Assembly (NCBI RefSeq): GCF_036321535.1
Contig: NC_087437.1
Span: 72,356,001-72,420,000, forward strand
Length of the DNA: 64,000 bases
Direction: 5' to 3'
Origin: Camelus dromedarius
Lineage: Eukaryota
How positions within the stretch are numbered: position 1 is the first letter of the stretch; each line of letters begins with the position of its first letter. Positions 52,466 to 64,000 of this stretch are shown here, piece by piece. The translations under genes and the position numbers were made by a program. Under the pieces are notes generated by a model. The model had not been told where the DNA came from and searched no databases. It was given only the letters and a program-made list of their open reading frames with translations.

Positions 52466-55341
52466 ATTCCTCTGCACACCAAGCAAAGTCTGCCCCTTAT
52501 TCTAGTGTTATTTCATTCTCCTACTTGTTAAGCCTCTCTATTTCCATTAGAAGGCAAGCCCTTTCAAGAAAGGTACCTTGTCTTATCTATTCCTATACCA
52601 CCTTACATCCAGCATACAAGGTCCCTCTGAACCTTCCTTTTCAGCTCATATATACTTGAAGGTAAAAAAAGGAGTGGTAGATAGTAAGTTTATTTCAGAA
52701 AAGTGACCTTGTTCATTAATCTTGTCTCACCAATTAAATGATAAGCTCCTTGAGATCAAAAAGTTTGTCACAATGCTGGCACAGAGTTGTAGGCTCCATA
52801 AGTTATGATTGATTTTATCCAAGAAAATGAATAGGGAAGTTAGGAGGCTGAGGTATTTATTAACTTTAAGGAGAAGAACAGACTTCTGGAAACAAGGGTT
52901 TCACTTGGTCTTTCTCCTCTGGCCTCCTTGCTTTTTTTTGTTGTAAGTCTAAACACACCCAGATGTTACATTGTTAGAGATTTCCTTTTAGTAAATTATC
53001 TTACCCTTTCACTTCAAGTTTTTAAAAACCTCATCCTCATAACTTGACTTCGAGTTTGCTTTGATTTTTGCTGAATTTTTGGAAACAACTGAATTAGGGT
53101 ATATTAAAGTGAACTTGTTGAGGTCTTCGAGCAGTTATAAGTATCTAAATATTCAGAGGTTTCTACAAGTTCTCTGCAGGTTCCTTGTCTCGATCTGATT
53201 CTTGAAAGCTGAATCAGTTTTCAATTATTCTGAGCAGCGATTGATGAGATATGAGCATAAATCATAGGAAGAGGTTTATTTGATATTAGGAAATAGCTAA
53301 AAAAGAATTATTGTGCTGGCCAAGGTGTAGAAATGAAGTAGAACATTATGCTTGGTAAAGCAGTATGTGGAACGCAGGACCAAAAGTTGTTCCCCAGTTC
53401 CACATCTGACTAGTCCTTAACCCTTTGTCTTTAAAAAAGAATTTTGGCTATAATCTCAGTTATGCTTATGTCATTATAACCTATGATACTATTAATCTAT
53501 TAAAAATCTAAAAATTTACAATTATTGAAAGAAATTAGACGGATTGGATATATCACTGAGAGAGTGTTCAAAACAGGCAGAGACAGAGCCAAGAAAGACC
53601 TGTAAGTTTGTAGGAAAAGGTCAGAGAGAAAACATCCTGTAGACCATGTGTTTAGCTAAAGCTAATTCTGCTGGAAAAAATAAGAAGATACAAATCACTA
53701 CACAGTGCTTAACTAAAAGGAATCATTGCCTATTTTAGTTAGATCTAATTTTAGTTGGCCTATTTTAGTTTCACCATCATAGGGAGTCAGTCCCATAGTA
53801 GAATAATCATGATTTATATACACTCGTGATGTAACTGATGCAAAAAGGCTAAGTAGTGGTTATGAATTGGTGCCATTTCTCATGCTCCTTATATAGCATG
53901 AGTCTCGAAAGAGACAATAGAGTCCAGCAATTATCACAGAATGAATACTTCCATATAAATGTACATTCTAAATAATTGAAGTGTGCCCCTTTGTAGGCTA
54001 CATATTTTTTGAGTAACCATTTATGATGAAATTCTTAGTAAAACAGATTGAACACTTCTTTACATCTAAAAATAGACGGTATTTAAACATCATTTAGAAT
54101 TGTATTGTTGATTCAATCTTATCATTATAAACATAGTTATTAGTCTTTATTACATAACATACTTATGCCCTGGGTAATTAGGAAATGATAATGGAATTGT
54201 AAGAATTGTGTACAAAAATGAGATACATTTTGGATCTTGCCATAGCTATTTTGTTTGCTCAGAGAAAATTTCTTTTCATATATCTTGGATGCTGAGGTTA
54301 TACTTCAGGTGCTGAGGTTACCAGGTACAAAATTTCATAATAAATTAAGAGTTACAAAATTTATTCAATAATACAGATAATTTAAAATTTTTTCTTGGCT
54401 GCAGATTTTTTTTTTCTGCAGATTTTATATACAAATAATGATTACTAACAGAAGGTTCAGAGGAGATAATAGAAAAATCCATTTCCAGGAAAAAGCTCTC
54501 CCCACCAAAACAAAGGAAAGCATGCTTCCTGTATGTTGGGCCAGAAGGCATAACTTCCAAAAGAGGTGGATAACTGCTGTCCCTCACACTTGGGAACATA
54601 TTAAAAAATCAGGTTATCTCAGAACATCCTATCTTCAGAAAGTTATCTTAAGTTGCATGTCTCCTACATAGAAAAAGCCATGGAAAAAATTGCAAGGCAT
54701 CTTAAAAGTCATTGAAAAACAAGTAAAAAAAGATCCTAATGTCATTTATTGGAATATACCAGAGCTAGTAATAGAAAATGTGATTACTGCTCAAGAAACA
54801 ACAACAGAGTAATGGTTAATGAATTATAGAGTAATGAACTCATACAAATTTGAATCTTGATTTTCCTAATTATTAGCATATACATTTTAGACAAATTCTT
54901 GCTACCTCAGTTCCCTTATCTCTAAAACAAGGTTCATAATAATATATATTATTTTTGTTGTGAAAATTAAATAACTTGAAATACTTAATGTGTTTTGAAC
55001 AGCCCCTACAATACAATAAGAAATTGACAAGAAATTGTTATTATTTGCTATTATTGGAGTAGCTAGAAGATAATAAAATAAAATAAAATCTAATTTTATA
55101 ATAATGAAAATCGTAATATTTTGAAAATTGAGGAAATTTTGATTTTTTTCAACAAATATTTGTTATATGCCTACTATGTGTCACTAGCAGACACTCTGCT
55201 AATAAGGGTTAATATACTGGAAAATGTTATTGGGAAAATTATAGAATCATACTTGAGAAATCTTTGTCAGAAACTGTTGAAATGGCAAATATTTAGTCCT
55301 TCCAGAACAGATTTGATTTTAATTTTGTTTTTATCTCTCAG

Positions 55342-55664
55342 GGGAAGAGTCATGTGACATACGACTTTACATTAAGAGATATTCTGTATGTGCTGTGTCA
55401 GCAGGGGATCCATTTGAACTGGAATGCCTGTGAAATACTGTGCTAACAGACTTGCTGGGGCCTGGTGCAAGCTCGAAGGAAACAGCTGTTTACATCTTGG
55501 GGACAGACTCCAGGGATACATGGGTTGAGAAGAAAGGAAGAATATTTCTATTTTTATTTTGCATTTTAATCAGGTGCTTGCTAGTGAAAATGGGTCATAC
55601 CGCTGTTCAGTGAACTCTTTGTCTGGATTCATTGAAAGCCACTCAGTTACCATTAATGTGACAA
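55342..55664 (+). pseudogene. BTLA: BTLA exon 2 (Ig domain), 323 nt, carrying a frameshift and a nonsense codon
   Basis: CAG acceptor ending 55341, GTGAGT donor at 55665. Reads (G)EESCDIRLYIKRYSVCAVSAGDPFELECL* (TGA 55431-55433). The shifted frame continues VKYCANRLAGAWCKLEGNSCLHLGDRLQGYMG*EERKNISIFILHFNQVLASENGSYRCSVNSLSGFIESHSVTINVT (TGA 55526-55528). Confidence 0.95.
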
Positions 55665-55874
55665 GTGAGTTTTAGATACCAAGACTACCTAATGTTTTTC
55701 ATATCATATTTCAAGAAAAGGGCTCAGATTATCAAGTGATTATGTTAGACATTGAACTCACATAAAACATCAGAAGGCTACCATGACTCACAGATTGTAA
55801 TTTGTGGTCACATATGTGTGTATGCACACATATGTGTGTGTGTGTGTGTGTGCACTTTGGACTGAGGCAGGAAA

Positions 55875-57310
55875 GAGTAGACCCACAATAGACAAAAAAG
55901 TCTTGAAAAAGAAACAGAGTTGGAGGACTCATGTTTCTCTATTTCAAAGCTCACTACAAAACTATAGTTATTAAAACAGTGTGGTACTGGTGTAAGAATA
56001 GTTATATACATCAGTGGAAAAAAACAGAGTCCAGAATAAATCCATACATCTTTGGTCAATTGATTTTTAACAAGAGTGTCAAGACCATTCAAAGGGAAAA
56101 GTATACTTTCTTCAGTAAATTGTGCTGGGACAATTAGATATCCACATGCAAAGGATAAATTTGGAACTCTCCCTCATGCATGATACACAAAATAATTTTA
56201 AAAAGATCAGATATCTAAATATAAAAACTAAAACAATAAAATCTATGTTTATATTAAACTATTATAGTATGTTTCCTTAGAAGAAAACATAGTAGTAAAT
56301 CTTCATGATCTTGGATTTGTCAGTAGTTTTTTGGTACAATATCAAAAGCACAAGCAACAAAAGAATAAATAGGTGAATTGTACTTCATGAAAATTAAGAA
56401 CGTTTGTACTTTAAAGGACACTATCAAGAGAGTGAAGGGACAGCTCCCAGAATGTGAAAAATATTTGTAAATCATTTATCTGGTAAGGGACTAGTACCCA
56501 AAATATATGAAGAATTCTTGCAGCTCAAAAACAGACAAGAACCCAATTAAAAATGTGCAAAGGAGTTAAATAGACATTTCTTCAAAAATATGTATATAAA
56601 TGGTTAATAAACACAGGAAAAAATGTTAAAAACATAATTAGTTATTAAGGGAATGCAAATTAAGCTACAATGAAGTACAACTTCACCCACTAGGGAAACT
56701 AGAATTTCCTTTTTAATGGAAGATGATAGGTATTGGCAAGAATATGGACAATTGAAATCCTTATATATTGCTGATGGGAATGCAAAATGATGCAGATGCT
56801 TTGGAAAACAGTCTGGCAGGTCTTCAAAAGGTTAAGGAATTACTGCCACAGGCCCCAGTAATTCCATTGCTAGGAAAATACCCAAGTGAAATGAAAATAT
56901 ATATCCACACAAAAACCTGTACACAAATGTTTACAGAAACACTGTTCACAACAGCCTTAAAGTGGAAACAACCCAAATGCCTATTAACTGATAAATAAAG
57001 GAAATGTGGTACATCCATACAGTGCAATATTATTCACCCATAAAAAAGAATGAAGTACTGGTACAGGATACAACATAGATGAACTTCAAAAACACTATAC
57101 TAGGCAAAAGAAGCTGGACACAGAAGATCACATATTGTGTGATTCTGTTTATACAGAAATACCCAGAAGAGAAACACCACAGAGACAGAAAGTGATTAAT
57201 GGTTGCCAGGGGCTGAGAGAAAGGTAAAATGGGGGGAGATTAATGAGCATGGAGTTTCCGTTTGAGGTGATGAAAATATTTCAAAACTAGATAGTGGTGA
57301 TGGTTGCACT
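55875..57310 (+). mobile_element. L1MB-type LINE-1 3' portion
   Basis: Track ORFs 55931..56137 and 56768..56998 (+) give L1 ORF2 motifs (YKTIVIKTVWYW; LFTTALKWKQPKC). Confidence 0.85.
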
Positions 57311-59266
57311 TTTAAAAATTGAGGCATAGTTCATTTACAATATTATATTTGTCTCAGTTGAACAACAGAGTGATTCAAAATTATAATATACAACATTTAC
57401 AGTTATGATAAAATATTGGCTATATTCTCTGTGCTGTAAAATATACCCTTGCAGCTTATTTATTTTATATGTAGTAGTTTGTACCTCTTAATCCTCTACC
57501 CTATTTTGCCCCTTTCTCCTTCCCACTTCCCACTGGTAACCACCAGTTTGTTCTCTAATATCCATGAGTCTGTTTCTGCTTTGTTATATATACACTACAT
57601 CTTCTTTATGCATTCATCTGTTGATGGACACTTAGGTTGCATCCATATCTTGGCTATTATAAATAATGCTGCTATGAACATTTAGATGCATATATCTTTT
57701 CAAATTAGTGTTTTCATTTTCTTTGGATATATACCCAGGGCTGGAATTTCTGGATCATATGGTAGTTCTGTTTTTAACTTTTTGAGGAACTTTCATACTG
57801 GTTTCCATAATGACTGCACAAATTTACATTCCCCCAACAGAGTAGAGGGGTTCTCTTTTCTCCATATCCTCGCCAACATTTATTTTTAGTCTCTCTGACA
57901 GGTGTGGGGTGATAATTCAACATTTATTTGTAGCCATTCTGACAGGTGTGGGGTGATAATTCACTGTGGTTTTGGTTTGCATTTCCCTGATGATTAGCAA
58001 TGATGAGCATCTTTTCATATGCCTGTTGGCTATCTGTATGTCTTCTTTGGAAAAATATCTATTCAGGTCTTCTGTTCATTTTTTAATTAGGTTGTTTGTT
58101 TTTTGTTGTTGTTGAATTGTATGAACTGTTTACATATTTTGGATATTAAGTCCTTTTCAGTCATATCATTTGCAAATATTTTCTCCCTTTTAGTAGGTTG
58201 TCTTTGTGTTTTGTTAATGGTTCCTTTGCTATGCAAAAGTTTTTAAGTTTTATTAGGTCTTATTTGTTTGTTTTTGCTTTTGTTTCCTTTGCCTTAGAAG
58301 ACAGGTCCAAAAAACATTGCTGCAATTTATGTCAAACAGTGTTCTGCAAATGTTTTATTCTAGGAGTTTTATGGTTTCTGGTCTCACATGTAGGTCTTTA
58401 ATACATTTTGAGTTTATTTTTGTATATGTGTTAGAGGATATTCTAATTTCATTCTTTCACATGTAGCTGTCCAGTTTTCCCAGCATCACTATTGAAAAGA
58501 ATATCTTTTCCCTGCTGTATAGTTTTGCCTCCTTTGTCATAGATTAATTGACCATAAGTGTGTGAGTTTATTTCTGTCTCTTTATTCTGTTCCATTGGTC
58601 TATGTGTTTGTTTTTGTGACAGTACCATACTGTTTTGCTTACTTTAGCTTCGTGGTATAGTCTGAAGTCAGAGAGTGTGTTTCCTCCAGCTCCATTCTTC
58701 CTTCTCAAGATTGTTTCAGTTACTCAGGGTCTTTTGTGTTTCCATAGAAAATTTTAAATTATTTGTTCTATTTCTGTGGAAAATGCCGTTGGTGTTTTGA
58801 TAAGGAATGTATTGAATCTGTAGATTGCCTTGGGTAGAATGGTCATTTTAACAATATTAATTCCTCCAATTCAAGAACACAGTGTATCTTTCTATCTGCT
58901 AGTGTCACCTTCAGTTTCTTTCATCAGTGTTTTATAATTCTAAGCACAGGTCTTTTATTGCCTTAGGTAGATTTATTCCTAGGTATTTTATTCTCTTTAA
59001 TACCATTGTAAATGGGATTATTTTCTTAATTTCTCTTTCTGAGTTTGTTGTTAGTGTATAGAACTACAATAGATTTCCGTATACTAAGTTTTTGTCCTGC
59101 AACTTTACAGAATTCATTAATGAGCTTCAGTAGTTTTTTGTGGCATCTTTATGATATTGTATGAGTAGTGTCATGTTATTTGCAAATAGTGACAGCTTTA
59201 CTTCTTCCTTTCCAATTTGGATCCCTTTTATTTATTTTTCTTGTCTGATTACTGTGGCTAGGACTT
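57311..59266 (-). mobile_element. LINE-1 3' UTR and ORF2 fragment
   Basis: Same 3' UTR type as the element starting at 7925; antisense ORF2 motifs (ccatactgttttg..actttagctt..tagtctgaagtcag). Confidence 0.85.
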
Positions 59267-60904
59267 AATGTTTCCTCACTTTTGATTCATTTCAGCCCAA
59301 AATCTTCCTAGTATACTTAATTTGCCTAATAAACTTCTTCCATAATGCCACTTTTTCACTGAGTCCTCTGCAGAGCATCCCCAGTGCCTACACTATTGGG
59401 CTCACATTTGTTGACCAGAATTCAAGGCTTTTCACAGTCCATCCACATCTACCTTTCTGAATTGTTTCTGGATTCCACATAGAACCTCTCAATTCCAGCC
59501 TAACCGTCCAACTAGCCGTTTCATGTCTTCACCATGGTTCTTCTAGCACCCATTTATCTGTGTCCACCTATCAAAATACTACCTGTCCTGTCAAGCCCAG
59601 CTCATTTCCTAGTTCTCAGTGAAGCCTTCTGTGTTTACCCTAGTGGAAGTGGTTTGTCTTTTCTGTTCATTTTTATGCCATTTGAGGTCTTTGCCTCTCA
59701 TTTATCACAGATTTCCTTGTACTGTAGAAATGCGGGAACTGCCTTTTATACTATGAAGGCTTATGATATCCTGGCAAGCAGGAACTGTCATATTTCTCTA
59801 GATCATCCCTGCTGGCTTTCCAACAGTCAAATGAATTACTTAGAAATTGTCTTTGAACTGGATGTGGATTTTCCTTTCATGAAGTAATGAAAACAAACAT
59901 AACAGGGAAAGTGTCAAAGAAAAATTTTCTTTCTGTACCACGGAGTACTTAATAAATTGAGCGTGAGTTGAGGAGAAAAATGTACTCTGAAACGGTATTT
60001 AAGGGCCATGGTTTTGGTAAATAAATTTTGGAGGTATGATAGAAAGTCTTTCATTGTCTCCTCTTGAAATATCCTTCTAAGGTGGTATTGGGAATTTTCC
60101 TGCTTTGGTTCATGACTCTCTTTTGCTTTTTATGTTCAAGTTTTAATTAGAATGTAAACTGTGAAATTATACTGTACTTCCTAAGTATGTATAATTTTCA
60201 TGAAGTGTTTTGTAAAAACCCTTAGAATAAATTATTATATGATTTTTTTTTAAAGTGGGGGTTGCTGTTGGGAAAGCAGTTATCTCTCAGAAGGAAGAAA
60301 AACACTTTGCAGAACCTAGTCCCAAGGGGACAGTTGACTGAGCAATCACTGACACATACACTGGTCCTTTCCAACCTGTCTTTGGTCAGTCCCTGATTAG
60401 GAGCTTCACAAAGGCAGGTGGTGATCATGTTAGCAGGAAAGTGGGGGTGGATGAGTAAGCAGGAAGTGAGAGACACAATCTTTGTTTTAGAATTAGTTCC
60501 CACCACATCATCAAAAGCACTCTTTCCTCATAACTTCCTACATTCACTTGGAGCACCTGTTGAATATGCACCTTGTTATTCCAAAAGGTGTCATACAGGC
60601 TGAATTGTGTTCTTATGCTTAAGGAGTGCAGAAGAGGGAATCAAAGCAGACAGAGGAAGGTTGTGTTTTATTTATACAGTTTTTCTTTGAGACTCAAAAT
60701 AAACCCAGGGATTTACTTTGTGTCCATGGTCTTGTGATGGTCTACAAATTTCTCAAATTGCCTTTGAGCTGGATTGCTGGACTCTGTTAGTACATAAATG
60801 CAGGAGTCCTTTCAGGGACTAGCTCTGATTTCAGACAAACTTGAGTATAACCCTCATTGTTTTCACAACCAATTTTGATTCTTTATCTTGTTTTTCTATT
60901 TCAG

Positions 60905-60937
60905 AATGGACTCAAAATAATTCAGAACACCTTACAA
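60905..60937 (+). pseudogene. BTLA: BTLA 33-nt stalk micro-exon (K/E)WTQNNSEHLT
   Basis: Long pyrimidine tract plus CAG ending 60904, GTAAGT donor at 60938, phase 1-1; resembles recalled mouse BTLA ERTQNSSEHPL. Confidence 0.85.
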
Positions 60938-62160
60938 GTAAGTATCAAACTTGCCAAGTAAAATTAAGGAAACTAGCTTGTTGGGCGGTCAGAGAAATCA
61001 TACAAGTTGTATCTTCTTAACTGAGTGGATTTGTCTGCATTAGGTTATCTTTTGTGGAACCCTTAGTCCCTATTGCTATCCGTTCCCCTCCCCCAGACAG
61101 CTGAGTCTGTCAATCTTGGCAATGACTTGGCTGCTCGCCCAGCATAAACAGCAGCTGTGGCGTGAACAATACAGCATTTGTTAAAACTACATTATCAAAC
61201 CACTTTATGCCCAGATCCAGTAGCTCCTGACCACTTTTACCCCAAAACCAAGTATATGGGGAGGGGTTTATAACTATGTTAGTATATTCAGAAATAAAGC
61301 TTTCCTGATAAAAAAAAATTTAACACAAGTACAAAATTTAAAGATGTGTGATGAATCCTGATATTTTCTACTCTATTATGTTTCAATTTTTAAAAATATT
61401 ATGGGTTATCCATTAAATTGTTTCATGACCCACTACTAAGTTGCAACCTACCATGGATAAGCAGGGCCTTAATGCACATGAAGATTGACCAGTAGTGATG
61501 CACACCAGCTGCACGCCCAGCAAAGCATATCTGGAAATATCATAGATATCTGGACATACCAAAAGTATTTGGCGTTCGGAGATATCAGAGTTATGAGACA
61601 ATGAAAGGGCACTGTGTTAAAGATCTTGGATTTAGTTTCAGAAACATGGTAGCTTGAGTCCCCACTGCCGCTCAATAGCTGTCTGACTTCGGGCAAGTCT
61701 TAGGACAATTACTCTTCCCAAGGCATGTAGCTGGATGAAACTATTCCCTTTTCTGAAGTGGTGAATGTGAAAGTTGAATAAGACAATGTAAATGAAAAAG
61801 CTCAGTGAAGTGCTATCTGAGAGCTGTTTTGGATAATGTTTTACAGGGGATTAACCTTTGAAGAATAAAAAACCTTTTATTTATCTTCTTTTTAAATCTA
61901 TTTTTTAATCTTTTTTATCTAATAGATAAACTTTTAAATCTATTTTCAAAATATAAATTATAACTCAGAGTCACCCACATATGCTCAGGAATAAAGCAAG
62001 AGGTGGGTGAGAGTACGGAGACCAGGGGTTCTTGGGGAAAGCCTCCTGAACAGGACACAGAGGCATCAGCTGGAACTCTGTTCAGGTTCTGACAATTCAA
62101 AGCGTGTTGCCTAACACATCCCATCTTTCCTAGCTGTCTTAATATTGACTACCATTTCAG

Positions 62161-62300
62161 ACACAAGGAATGCCTCAGGACCACCCTCCCAGGAGGAGAT
62201 GGCAGACAGACAACAGGTCCTTTATAGTTTGCTTCCTTTGAGAAGTTTGCCTCTACTCATTACCTGTTTCTTCCCATTCTGCTGCCTTAGAAGCACCGAG
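62161..62300 (+). pseudogene. BTLA: BTLA transmembrane exon (140 nt), 1-bp deletion near its 3' end
   Basis: Track ORF 62145..62366 (TRNASGPPSQEEMADRQQVLYSLLPLRSLPLLITCFFPFCCLR) aligns to recalled human SASERPSKDEMASRPWLLYSLLPLGGLPLLITTCFCLFCCLRRHQ; CAG acceptor ending 62160, GTGGGT donor at 62301; length is not a multiple of 3. Confidence 0.92.
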
Positions 62301-63702
62301 GTGGGTTCCATCTTCTCTCTGCTGCTCTGTGCCACACTTTTAGGGTTCAGTAACAAGGGAAGATAGATTTTTTTGGTTGGTTTCTGTTGTTTTTATTTCC
62401 CACAATATTCTGCTGTAAACTATGGACAATGATTTCCTAAGGGACAACTCATCTTTCCACCAAAAAGTGAATTAGATTAATTCAGGTCTCCTCTAGTCAT
62501 GATAAGGTATGCTCACCACAGCACAGTGTTCCAGCCAAGAGCTGTGCTGAGGAGAGCATATTGTTGGGACTTACTCATGCTACTGTGTCAATCTTAGGAA
62601 GAGCTCTTCTAAACTTTAAGAGTGTGGAAATAATCTCTCAGATCAATATGTGTAATTTGAGTTAGTTTGTCTCGCCCTGTTTTTCACAGCAGCATCATAG
62701 CATCCCAGTCATCCACACCCCCATCTAAATGAAAATCTAGTGTTCCCAGAGGAAACTCATCATGTCTGTACTTACTGCTGCCATAAAGACATGCTTGAAC
62801 TGAAACCTCATTCGACAATAATGCATTTGAAAAACGTGGGTTTGGCTATGATGGGAACGGTATGATATTTGGAAAACAATTCTTTTCTGCTTTTGTAAGA
62901 ATTCACTGGATGTCACTAGCGAACACTTAAACACGGTAAGAGAGAGATGTATGGCGAATCTCGGTCTGTCTCTGGTCTGAACCACCTCTGTGCTCTCGCT
63001 TTCCTTTTTCCCCTCTGCCATCTCATCGAATCCCTTTTCCCACAAAAGCAGCCACTGTGTAGCTATAGAAACTAAGCTGGACAGAGCAACCCTTATTTCT
63101 GCCATAAGAGAAAGCCTTGTCTGAGCAAAAGTGCTTCTGGTGTTCTGTGGTGAGGACTTCCGGAGCCGAGAACCCTTCTCGGGATCCCAAGGGAATCCTC
63201 TGTAATTCCAGCTCCACCTCTGCCACTCCAAGCCTCTTTTGAAAGTGAACTAGGCAGTAGGAGATCCTGATGATGTAGGTGAGAGGACAGCCGTGTGTGT
63301 GGCATCGAGTGCAGAATGTCCCCAGAACAAGGATTTCCAGGCTCTTAAAAATGATGTGCTAGACCCTGCCCCTTCCTCTTGGATACACTGGAGTGAGAAG
63401 TGAAGAACCAAGGAACAAAATGGGCAGCATGGATTCTCACAAGCTAAGGTGTGAGTGCCACACTAGTCACAGCAAATAAACAAGCCCAAACTAGCAATAA
63501 TGCTATCAGTGGCGTGCGAGTGGGTGAGCATGGGTGGGGAGGGCGTCCCACCTCTGCCTAGGGACCGAATTTCAACCTAGTGATCTGCTTCCATAGCCCA
63601 TATTCTTCCCACGACCATAACTTGCAGGGAATTGAGGATGAATTTTATTTTGTGCTGTTCGTTTACCTCTTTTGGTTTCTTATTTTTCTTTTTGAATTCC
63701 AG

Positions 63703-63749
63703 GGGAACAAGAAAAGCCTTCTGACACAACAGGAAGGGAAATTAACCTG
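63703..63749 (+). pseudogene. BTLA: BTLA first cytoplasmic exon (47 nt): (G)EQEKPSDTTGREINL in the ancestral frame
   Basis: Pyrimidine tract plus CAG ending 63702, GTATGT donor at 63750; aligns to recalled human GKQNELSDTAGREINL. Confidence 0.93.
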
Positions 63750-64000
63750 GTATGTTCGGTTTAGCTGTTAAAACAAATGCAATCTCTGTTATACTATGCT
63801 AATATTTGTATACCTTCAAAAAATTTAATGAGTCTGCGTAACACTTACCACGTGTGTGGCACTGTTCTAAGTGCTATATATACTGATATACTTTTAAAAT
63901 GTGCTTATTTTACATTTACCTTTGTCTGCAGCAAAAGCTCTTCAGGATTAACAAGTCTCATAATAAATGGTCTTTTGGAAGGACTTGAATGGTAGTGTAG

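Noticed and set aside
55526..55528. Selenocysteine or stop read-through at the TGA rescuing BTLA
   Set aside because: The upstream frameshift already stops translation at 55431, and BTLA is not a known selenoprotein.
62305..62310. Alternative donor GT at 62305 that would restore the TM exon frame (144 nt)
   Set aside because: GTTCCA is a very poor donor compared with GAG|GTGGGT at 62301, and it would not repair the exon 2 lesions.
62737..63231. 164-aa minus-strand ORF as a nested antisense gene
   Set aside because: No recognisable domain or exon structure; a chance ORF of this length is plausible in 64 kb.

Overview
Mammalian genomic DNA, AT-rich and repeat-dense, with no CpG island. The tRNA-derived SINEs and young L1 3' ends suggest a camelid (inference). 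Positions 1-5.2 kb hold the 3' end of the autophagy E2-like gene ATG3 (+): part of one coding exon and four complete ones, including the catalytic HPC motif. Its last intron is a U12-type GT-AG intron with a non-consensus branch site. About 35 kb of LINE/LTR/DNA-transposon-rich intergenic DNA follows. From 40375 to beyond the window end lies a BTLA (CD272) gene on +, at the position syntenic with human BTLA. Five exons are recognisable, all with canonical splice sites, but the reading frame is broken three times: a 1-bp deletion and a TGG>TGA nonsense codon in the Ig exon, and a 1-bp deletion at the end of the transmembrane exon. As assembled, it is a BTLA pseudogene (a lineage-specific loss or a dead duplicate). 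This is the most notable observation. I found no evidence for a wholly new biological system. Repeat family names are from recall of consensus sequences, not from a database search, and boundaries without target-site duplications (TSDs) are approximate.
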